Of a stretch of 64,000 nt of DNA, positions 30,501 to 38,200 are shown one piece after another. This DNA comes from a virus (lineage: Duplodnaviria; Caudoviricetes). Each line of letters opens with the position of its first letter. Positions within the stretch are counted from its first letter, which is position 1. The notes beneath the pieces are model-generated. The model was not told the origin of the DNA. It saw only the letters and a list, made by a program, of their open reading frames with translations, and ran no database searches. Location: IMG/VR virus record IMGVR_UViG_3300023178_000006; one strand, 5' to 3'. The position numbers and the translations under genes were made by a program.

Positions 30501-33500
30501 TGAATATCGTTACAGATACAATAAGAAACGAATCACTTGATTGGTTACCTGAATATATTGAACCAACAATTGAAGCAACTTATGAAGATGCTGTTAATAA
30601 GATTGATGGTCAAACAGAACCTCTTTCAATCGATGTTATCGGATATGTACAAAGAGAATGGAAAGGTTTACCATACGAAAAAGCTAAGTGTAGAAGAGAC
30701 GTTGGTCTTATTGTTGATGCTGCTTCTAAAGACATTATCTATGGTGGTAATGCAAATGTTATCGAAGCTGCTAAATACTACTTTAGACTTGACGATGAAC
30801 AATCAGCAGATTACGAACAATTAAGAAGTGTTAACGTATTACCTCTCGAAGTACTTGGTCAGTTTAAAGATACTGCCGAAGAATACAAGACAGCAAACGT
30901 TTCAGGTTTACGTACACTAACAAACATATTACCTATTGAACAACGCATTCCAACAATGGAAGCATTTAGACATTTAGCAGATGTTGCAAGTAATGTAGTA
31001 CAAGAAATTGCGATTACACCTTCAGCAAACAATGTACCTTCACAAGATACTTCAGGTACTCCGGCTGATGCAGCAACTGGTACAGCAATTCACGACCTGA
31101 TTGAAATTGTTGCTAATGTAGTTGATGATGATTCAGATGAGAACTTAACAACTACACTAGTGAGTCCAACAGTTGATTCAAACAGAACAGCAGCACGTGT
31201 TCAAATACAAAGAAACAAAGACTTTATTGCTGAAGACGTCATTGCTAAGTTGAAGAAAGATTACTACACATTCGATGGAGATAAGTGTAAGCGTGATGTT
31301 GGAATTCTTATTGATGCGGTTAAACGTGATGTACTTACAAACTCTAACTTTAACGCAGTGTTCAATGGATTAGCATATAGAATTGGAACAACTGGTGCTG
31401 ATGCGGTTATTACAGAACAACTTTCAGAAACAATTAAAGCAATTGAATACACAAGAGACATTGCAGTTAACAACGTAACATCTAGCGTTGGAAAACAAAG
31501 AGCAATGACAGCATTTAATGAAATCCTTGACATCATGAAGAATGGTTCTACTAATGCTGATGCAATCACTTATGGTAGTGTTTCTCAAGCGGGTAATAAC
31601 GGTATTAATGCAAGAGAACAATTACTTAATAACAAAGCATTCTTACAAGCTGAAATCACAGCTTGGATTGCACAGAATTATGGTTCACTAGTTTATGATT
31701 CAGCTAAGTGTGAAAGAGATTTAGGATACTTAATTGATGCTGTTATCTTTGATGCAATGCATGGTGGTAATAGTGCTTCAATTAATGATACAAAACTTTA
31801 CTTCGAAAATGCAATCAGTGTTTTACCAGAAGACCAGAGAGCACCTACAGCGGCAGCCTTTAATCATATAGGTACTGTTGCAAGAAGTGTTGTACTCGAC
31901 ACCGCAGTTACTCCAACAACAGGAAATGCGGAATCACAGAACTTCTCAGCTGGGTCAGTAGGTACACCACTTGCAGATAAGATTGAAGGTCTATTTGGAT
32001 TGGTTGCAACAGCAATTTCTGATAACGGATTAGAAGTTAACCCAGATGTTGAAGAACCAAATACAACATTCTACACTGATGAACTCGCATCTTACGTAGA
32101 ATTAGACGCAAGTAAAGAAGCAATTCAAGACGGAATCCTTGCTTATCTTGCAAGATACTTTGACATTCTTCCATACAGCGAAGCAAAATGTAGAAGAGAT
32201 GTTGGATATATCCTTGACGGAGTATCACATGACATTCAATACGGTGGTAATGCAGCTACATTAAATAACGCATATCTCTACTTTGATAATGCAGTAAATA
32301 CCTTGCCTAAAGAACAAAGAGCTGCAAGTAAAGAAGCATTTACTCATGTCGCTAATGTTGTAGAACATGTTGTTAGAAGAATGGAAGTAGACCAATCACG
32401 TTGGATTAAACAAACATTCGGAGTTCAAACAGCAACTTATGACCCAGTAACTGGAATCATGGTTGTAACAACAAAAGCTCCACACGGATTAACAACAGAC
32501 GATTACGTCATCGTTGAAGATGAGGGTATAACATTTAGTTGTGGTGGTAGTGTTGAAATATCACATCCAAGACCAGATATTGACCCAAATCATAGACAAC
32601 CTTTAAGAATTACCGCGGTAACTAACCAGACATTTACAGTAAATGCTGGATATGCCAAAGGATACGCTGGTGCTCATACATTTGTAAGTGCTTTACCTAA
32701 CGCTATTCTCCACATTGAAAACCAAATCTACAAGCAAGATATGTCACAAATTGCTGGTGACCCAGAGATTGCAATTAGAGCTAAAAACCTAGTCAATATT
32801 ATTTCTAATGTAGTCGATAAGGGTTCTTATGTAGACTTCCCGAATAGAGTAGACCCACTACAAACATGGCAGGCACAACCTTTCATTGATTCGAAAGAAT
32901 TAATCGAAGATGCAAGTACTGGTTTAGCAACTTCTGTTCTGAATTACATTTCAAATGTTCATAATGGATTGAGTTTCCCAGAAGCTAAGTGTAGAAGAGA
33001 TATTGGATACTTACTAGACGCTATCTCTCATGATGTTCAGTATGATGGAAACATCGCTACACTAACAGCAACTAAGATTTATTTTGAAAATGGTATCAGC
33101 GTATTACCTGCAGACACAAGAACTCAAACTGCAGACATATACAATTACTTAGGAACAGTTCTTGATGCTGTCGTACAAGAAGATAACAGTGTTGCTAATA
33201 CAACATACACATCGACAACTCAAGATTTACTTGGAACACCTGCAACAGCGATTGAAGGTGGAAGGGTTAGTGACTTAATAGGAATCGTTGAAGACGCAAT
33301 ACGTGCTGACAACTTAGATTCATTACCACTTCCTGTTGAACCTACAATTGCATGGGTTGACACAGGTATTCAAGGTGCAGCTCAACAGATTGAAGATAAT
33401 ACTGAATCACTTGCTGATGAATTAATCTACTACATTAGACAAGAGTTTGATGTACTTGATTATAACAGAGCTAAGTGTAGAAGAGATATTGGATACTTAC

Positions 33501-34732
33501 TCGATGCATTCAGTTATGACTTGAACTATGGTGGTAACATCGCATCAAGATGGAATGCAGATTTCTACTTCTGGAATAATCAGTTTAGAGTTCCTGAAGA
33601 CCAACGTATTCCAACAGCAAAAGCTTATAAGCAACTTGGTGTAATATGTAAAGATATCGTACTTGGTAAATATCCAAATCAAACAGTTCTTGGAGAAGTT
33701 GGTACTGATGTAGAGTCTAAGAAAGTTAAAGGACTTGCAGACATGTTCTACAAGACACAATTCTTTAAAGATACTAAGTACTTACCTGCTAAGGAAGAAC
33801 CAGATTATACATATGTTGATGATACATTTACAAGTGCTCAGTTCATCCTCGAACAGAATAAACTCGACCTTGCATTTGATGTCGTAAGATTTGTTAATAC
33901 AACTTATGATTACATTGACATTAACTTAACAAGAAGAGATGGTTACAACTTATTAGAAGCAATTACAAATGACTTTAGATATGAAGATGCTTCCGCGGGC
34001 GTACCAGTGTACGGGAACGTGGCAGGGTCTCAGAAATCTACAAGGTCATTTACCGCAGCATTCTTCGACCAGAAAGGTCAGCATACATTCCCAGTATTTA
34101 ATCCATCTAATACAGCATACAAATACCAAGGAAGTGTATCACAGCTATCTGACCTAGCTGCTATCACAGGACAGAAACCAAATCACGCATATATTGTTGC
34201 AGATAACTATGCAGTAAGTCATTTTGCGGGAGATATATATTATTGGAACGGAACAACTTGGGTATTAGACCAGACTAACGACACATCATTACTTGACGCC
34301 TTTACTGGTGCTTGGGATAGAATGAGAGATTATATTGTTAATAATCTATCACCTAACTCACAACACGACTTAATGGTTGAAGGTTTATTTAATGACTGTC
34401 TGAAAGATAATATTCTAAGACCAGAAACATTAGTATTTGGTTCCTTGGTTGAATCCATTGCTCACCAGTTTAATGGTGCATCAGCAGGTGTTAACAGAAA
34501 TGCTCTACCTCTAAACTTTAGAAACTTAGGTTCTGCTATATCAGCGGTGGCTTCGGTACTAAGTGAAGATGGTGGTAGAATCAGATGGTCGGGTGCGGAT
34601 GAATTGAATAACCAATACTTCGCAAGAGGTCTAAGAATTAATGGTAGAACAGGTCGAATCGAAGGTCGACCATTTACATCATCTGTAAGAAAACTCGCAA
34701 GAAGAGCTTCAAACAGTAGAGCAGCATTATAA
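24566..34732 (+). CDS. Giant (3388 aa) virion appendage protein: beta-helix repeats, pectin-lyase-like region, 12 helical CxRD repeats and 6 His/Cys beta-sandwich repeats
   Basis: MSKISEL N-terminus; Asn/Ser/Thr short repeats at about 24750-25650; HVDAASGDDKNPGTQLAPVRT beta-helix cap at about 25800; CxRD repeats at 26978-33929; YDP.TG...HTFV repeats. Confidence 0.85.
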   Translation: MSKISELGSITGANTRSEDLFVIVNLVQGDDGTKNITRKELVEAIQYEIFSRITITGGTISGVVMSDSRLDNVIIDNSNIEDTDFVRGSIDDTAITDSTANNITQSYSTFQLGTIFATVANTMTITDSDFSDGTANNVVITNSQFNEGTGNNVVLTNSTIDNSTFINGDVNNSVIETSEFNNGTMDTVTGVNLDISNSDITTSDITDSTANNLTITSSEFNSGTMDTVTGVDITLSNSEISTTNIQTSNFYEGNISNTVIVTSEFNDGTSNNVVITNSQFNDGTGNNVTLTNSTIDDSLIQDSTIANTSFTGTMSDVTAVNMTITSSSADGLGANNSTFENGTVSSSTFSGGVIDQSKLVDFDMELTKEFEPPIDDESYFAIRNEQTGETEQINFGQLFDEVSARTAQALKVHVDAASGDDKNPGTQLAPVRTLERGCELMLEKAGGSFDRNALNNAVHMSVGPGAYYTKGELAIPDDCSVTSTAGQYATVIEALPGYENNNCWLVGSGNYVQGFGYQNWKIDNFDFPEGGFAIAYRPGAKLLRSPYIRDSSQLSNFNRVDVEPPLNPYNTKGTLDDLGREFTLSNVSSVSGFAVDDEITFSSGAVGFVSYVSELASDNKIHVRNLKNNKGFAVGDTITSESGGTATIDVIGIDDFPNRLVGRGGGCLLADRRVLDPDSLYTYVLCFGFTPRSQNGMGYVARDGAGVNGIGSLSIFVRCAFYALNGGQMTLNNSGTQFGDISMRAKGTTQFFAPKATNATIFGNTVFADTIENAYDDIVDDMVDYLTSNTANGGLNYTGYDAGKCERDTRIIVDGLGYDVALDSNYWGRLAGITYRSPISQKVVGDQLEQTVAANEYLQDQIEGIFEGSTNIINRANTSMQELFNVLQYGEENMNPITWVDDIYNPERTAARELIQDNRSFIQDELTDWIDNNDEFFSYDSVACRRDTTDYILPAVKYDMLLGTNYNAVTAGNAYYMNAAAKVVDKQRNETIAAYRHLKDKTNELIDANTEIGHVRADEAFDEIIGQLEGNGIKLLPEPASYTPTDASYDHVSGLMEVTIGDHAFKVGDGIFIKENGMTFSCPEDGTGNPINISHPRPSDPLWNQKFDIVSITQTTITVDAKPAGVNKVHTFVSAYKDAIQAATTYTWTPTGGTYDAATGYMTLTLGSKHGLSKGDRVFFKPESITFSCEGDGTVTQLSHPRPHDPTYKTPVEIDSVTSNSITVLVGPSAYVAPHTFVSADVNSVILANSKIYFSDDTSITASKRNARIQLQENKEFIQDLMLGYIDYNYFRYDSEKCERDVLKHILPAVERDIITGSNYNAKQAGIAYRSKTSAEDTWLNERPETVGSMTELKQLVANNTITDLGSIHRSNESFRQLIDITNSNGKSYTPAAGTTYDPTSGKLVLSIGAHDFEPGQNIVLDDESVTFTCALDGNATQHSYPRKGDPAYRTPVLINKVTSTTIEVNVGGYENGTAHTFVSATANSVKASDYISSFTPSTATYDPATGVFEATIGNHSFEVGDYVELKPESIVFTCAQDSNTVEHAYPATHHPAYKTPVKLTGVTATTITMNVGVGSGGAHTFVRADVGAIEGDPIIWTDPSKYLKYYTPTTATYNPGTGESVVTIPGHDLLVDDFIEFAPYSFTFTCSQDGDATEHSYPRKGDGNFNTPMQITAVNGDDITVDVGAGSGGTHTFVRVSNEAVAKVTTNSDGFYAAQQLQANRNMIQDEVMAYLDNNYFVFDGAKCSRDTGFILDAVRRDVATGANYNAVFNGLGYRIGTVGANKVINDQLPQTTGSINYLKSEIAAELSGNSLARANAAFDEIIDIITNGSANANTLAFGANGVSAQTIEARNALQNNRAFIQAEITAYIAQEFPNLNYDVADCERDTGYLVDALSWDIQHGSNSASINFARLYFENAIAVLPGDQKIPTAKAWQHIADVAYQVVRDQAVTPTSGNAASQDQSLTDVGIAIANDVKDLVNIVTDTIRNESLDWLPEYIEPTIEATYEDAVNKIDGQTEPLSIDVIGYVQREWKGLPYEKAKCRRDVGLIVDAASKDIIYGGNANVIEAAKYYFRLDDEQSADYEQLRSVNVLPLEVLGQFKDTAEEYKTANVSGLRTLTNILPIEQRIPTMEAFRHLADVASNVVQEIAITPSANNVPSQDTSGTPADAATGTAIHDLIEIVANVVDDDSDENLTTTLVSPTVDSNRTAARVQIQRNKDFIAEDVIAKLKKDYYTFDGDKCKRDVGILIDAVKRDVLTNSNFNAVFNGLAYRIGTTGADAVITEQLSETIKAIEYTRDIAVNNVTSSVGKQRAMTAFNEILDIMKNGSTNADAITYGSVSQAGNNGINAREQLLNNKAFLQAEITAWIAQNYGSLVYDSAKCERDLGYLIDAVIFDAMHGGNSASINDTKLYFENAISVLPEDQRAPTAAAFNHIGTVARSVVLDTAVTPTTGNAESQNFSAGSVGTPLADKIEGLFGLVATAISDNGLEVNPDVEEPNTTFYTDELASYVELDASKEAIQDGILAYLARYFDILPYSEAKCRRDVGYILDGVSHDIQYGGNAATLNNAYLYFDNAVNTLPKEQRAASKEAFTHVANVVEHVVRRMEVDQSRWIKQTFGVQTATYDPVTGIMVVTTKAPHGLTTDDYVIVEDEGITFSCGGSVEISHPRPDIDPNHRQPLRITAVTNQTFTVNAGYAKGYAGAHTFVSALPNAILHIENQIYKQDMSQIAGDPEIAIRAKNLVNIISNVVDKGSYVDFPNRVDPLQTWQAQPFIDSKELIEDASTGLATSVLNYISNVHNGLSFPEAKCRRDIGYLLDAISHDVQYDGNIATLTATKIYFENGISVLPADTRTQTADIYNYLGTVLDAVVQEDNSVANTTYTSTTQDLLGTPATAIEGGRVSDLIGIVEDAIRADNLDSLPLPVEPTIAWVDTGIQGAAQQIEDNTESLADELIYYIRQEFDVLDYNRAKCRRDIGYLLDAFSYDLNYGGNIASRWNADFYFWNNQFRVPEDQRIPTAKAYKQLGVICKDIVLGKYPNQTVLGEVGTDVESKKVKGLADMFYKTQFFKDTKYLPAKEEPDYTYVDDTFTSAQFILEQNKLDLAFDVVRFVNTTYDYIDINLTRRDGYNLLEAITNDFRYEDASAGVPVYGNVAGSQKSTRSFTAAFFDQKGQHTFPVFNPSNTAYKYQGSVSQLSDLAAITGQKPNHAYIVADNYAVSHFAGDIYYWNGTTWVLDQTNDTSLLDAFTGAWDRMRDYIVNNLSPNSQHDLMVEGLFNDCLKDNILRPETLVFGSLVESIAHQFNGASAGVNRNALPLNFRNLGSAISAVASVLSEDGGRIRWSGADELNNQYFARGLRINGRTGRIEGRPFTSSVRKLARRASNSRAAL
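26900..34000 (+). repeat. Twelve ~140-160 aa helical protein repeats centred on C-x-R-D
   Basis: Cys codons at 26978, 27395, 28457, 29798, 30215, 30689, 31286, 31709, 32189, 32990 and 33476. In the twelfth copy Thr (33929) replaces Cys. Confidence 0.9.
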
Positions 34733-34748
34733 AATAGGATAAAGAAAA

Positions 34749-35174
34749 ATGTCTATAACAACAATTACAACTTCTCAGGCACCTGACGCTAAACCAGTTG
34801 CCGTCAATAAGGTTGTATCCACTAACTGGCAAGTTCTTATTGAAGTACCTCAATACGAGGTTCCTGAACTAGTATTTGGTGGTTCAACAACTATTGAGCC
34901 GGGCGTTGGTGAAGTTATTTCACCATTGATTTTGTGTAATACAATCGCAAACACTGTGAACATTGATGTCAGAACACACCGTGATGACGTTAACGCAGAA
35001 TTTTACATATTGAGAAACATGCCTATAGGCGGTTATCAGACAACAGCAATTCCTCTGAATGGCCAGTTTTTAAAGAGTGGTGATACATTAGAAATTATAG
35101 CAGACACTGACTTAGCATGTCATGCTACATTATCATTCACATTAGGTCAATCTGAAGAAGATGACGTTGTTTAA
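34749..35174 (+). CDS. Small beta-rich virion-associated protein
   Basis: 141 aa ORF with AGGA upstream, located between two giant structural genes. Confidence 0.7.
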   Translation: MSITTITTSQAPDAKPVAVNKVVSTNWQVLIEVPQYEVPELVFGGSTTIEPGVGEVISPLILCNTIANTVNIDVRTHRDDVNAEFYILRNMPIGGYQTTAIPLNGQFLKSGDTLEIIADTDLACHATLSFTLGQSEEDDVV

Positions 35175-35179
35175 GTACT

Positions 35180-35187
35180 GATAAATA
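35180..35187 (+). promoter_or_regulatory. T4-like late promoter variant GATAAATA
   Basis: Intergenic, upstream of the ATG at 35219. Confidence 0.6.
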
Positions 35188-35218
35188 TATTAATAATGAT
35201 TAACGGAGAATAACTTAA

Positions 35219-38200
35219 ATGTCCAATTTTGGAACACTAACAGGAAAAAGTCAGCTAATAGGTTTTGGTGAACCTCAAGCATTCCCTATTACACTTGACC
35301 CAGCCGTCTATGAAGGCGCGGTGGTCTATGCTGATAACGATAAAGTTTATTACTCCGACGGGACAAGTTGGATTGAATTATTAGGTGGCGGTGGTACCAC
35401 AGTCGATGCTATTCTTCCTTTTGCGTTTATCCGAGTTGATGGAACAGGTAATATTACAGGTACCGGAATTTCATCTTCGAATTGGGATGCAGTTAATGGT
35501 ACGATGGACTTTACCTTTGATACTGCTCAGCCCGATACTGATTATACTGTTGTCACTGATGGTGAACTCAATGATGATGGTCGTTTAGTATCAATTCAAA
35601 GTAAAACAGTTAATGGATTTGAAGCTTCATTCTATGACAGCAATGGTAATGCAACAACTCCTTCCTCTGCAAGTGCATTTGCTATTATGGTATTTGCATC
35701 TGACCCTGTCACTCAAGTAGGTCAAGGTCAGCAAGGTATCCAAGGTACAACAGGTGCTCAAGGTCTACAAGGTGATTATGGTCCTGGTTTTACAATCATT
35801 GGTTCAGTCGCAGATGTAGATTCAGGTGGTGACCCTCAAGCAACTTTAAATACAGCATTTCCTACTCCAAATACAGGTGAAGGTGTTATTGACGAAGCTG
35901 ATGATGAACTTTGGATTTATAATGGAACGAGCTGGGTTAATATCGGTTCATTCCGCGGAGTTCAAGGTTTACAGGGTGTAATTGGACCACAAGGTTTACA
36001 AGGTCCTTTAGGTAACGAAGGTATCCAAGGTGAAAGAGGATTCCGTGGTTTCCAAGGTATGCAAGGCGTACAGGGCCATCAAGGTGTTCAAGGTGACTTA
36101 GGTATCCAAGGTGTTCAAGGTTTCAGAGGACCTCAAGGTGTTCAAGGTATTACTGGTATCCAAGGTGACTTAGGTATTCAAGGCATCCAAGGAGTTCAAG
36201 GCGTTCAAGGAACAACTGGTATTCAAGGTGATGTAGGTTTACAAGGGTTACAAGGATTTAATGGTGATGATGCTGGTCACGTAGTTGAATACAGATTAGA
36301 TTGGAATACTTCTCAAGCAGACCCAGGCACTGGTAATATTATCTTTAATGATACTGGTTTCTCTAATACATCTAATTTCTCAACAGTTGACACAATGTGG
36401 ATTGACGATGAAGCAATATACGGTGTTAACTTAGACGCACTATATACAACAATTTCAAGTCAAACATCCACTGATAAAGCGGTAATGAAAATTACCAAAC
36501 GTGGAAACCCAGATGATTACGTTATCTTCACAATTCAAAACGCAACAGACCAAACAGGTTACTGGCAATTTAATGTTACATTCCAAGGTGGTAACGCATT
36601 AAGAGAAGACTTTACAGAATATAATGGTGGAAACGGAGTTTGGACACTTAACCCATTATTAGTAGCATTTAGTATTGTTGGTGATGAAGGTATTCAAGGT
36701 CCTATTGGTCCAAGAGGTATTCAAGGCGTTCAAGGATTACAGGGCCCACAAGGTTTACAAGGATTTAGAGGACCACAAGGTACAATAGGTATCCAAGGTA
36801 ATACAGGTGTTCAAGGTGACGTAGGTCTCCAAGGTATTCAAGGAACAACTGGTATTCAGGGTGATGTTGGTATCCAGGGTGTTCAAGGAACAACTGGTGA
36901 CTTTGGTGGTATCACATACGATTACACATACAGTAATAACACAACAGCATCTGACCCAGGCACTGGTATTATTAGGTTTGATGATACAAACTTAGCTTCA
37001 GCAACTCAAATGTACATCGATGACGAAGACGATAATGGCGTCAACGTTATGGATGGATTAATGGTTGACTTAGATGCAGTAAGTTCAGGTGTTAAAGGTT
37101 ATTTCAAAATTACAAATGGTGCAGATACTACAAACCACATTACATTTAGAATTGACGAAATTACGAATGGTTCTGGTTATTGGGTAGTTGATTGTACAAG
37201 ATTAAGTGGAGCATCTTCATTATCTAATGGTTTAGATGTTCGTATATCATTCTCAAGAACTGGTGACCAAGGTACTCAAGGTGTTCAAGGTACTCAAGGA
37301 TTTAGAGGCTTCCAAGGTGATTTAGGTCTCCAAGGTGTTCAGGGTGTACAAGGTACTGATGGTCTTCAAGGTTATAGAGGTTTCCAAGGTGATGTTGGTA
37401 ACACTGGTGCACAAGGTATTCAAGGTGTTCAAGGAACATTTGGTATCCAAGGTGATGTCGGATTACAAGGTGACAGTGGTGCAACCGGTGCTCAAGGTAT
37501 TCAGGGTGTTCAAGGTGGTCAAGGTTTACAAGGACTTCAAGGATTACAAGGTGAACAAGGTGAATATGGCGGTTTAACTTTCCAATGGAACTTTGTTAAT
37601 AACACAATTGGTGGTACAGACCCAGGCACAAACAATTTCAAATTTAATAATGCTAACCCAACATTAGCAACATTAATTACATTAGACGATATTCCAGATG
37701 ACCAATACACTACAGAAATTGATGACTTCTTAGATTTCATCGATGCTCAACCAGGTGCAGTCAAAGGTTATCTAAAAATTCAAAGAGCAGCAGGTGGTGC
37801 AAGTGGAGGTCCAGGAGGGCATCACTGGTTAGTATATGAAATTACAGATTGGACATGGGACGGTGTATCTAAGAATTACGGTTATTTTGATGTTAACTAT
37901 GTTGATGGTAATGTTACTAACTGGGAAACTGCAGTTAATCAAACACACGGTCCTGAAACACTTATTACATTTATTCCAAGAGGTCCCGCAGGTATCCAAG
38001 GTGCGGTTGGTGGAATTGGTCCTCAAGGTGTTCAAGGTCCTACAGGTTCGGGTGCTCAAGGTGTTCAGGGTGTTCAAGGTTCTGGAGGTATTCAAGGTGC
38101 CGATGGTTCATTTGGTGGTGTAACATTTGATTATACATTTAATTCAGGAACGTTAGCTGGTGACCCAGGTGGAGCCGGTTGGGTTAAACTGAATAGTGCT

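Noticed and set aside
24566-34732. CxRD repeats as c-type heme-binding sites
   Set aside because: No CxxCH motif is present; each repeat has a single Cys.
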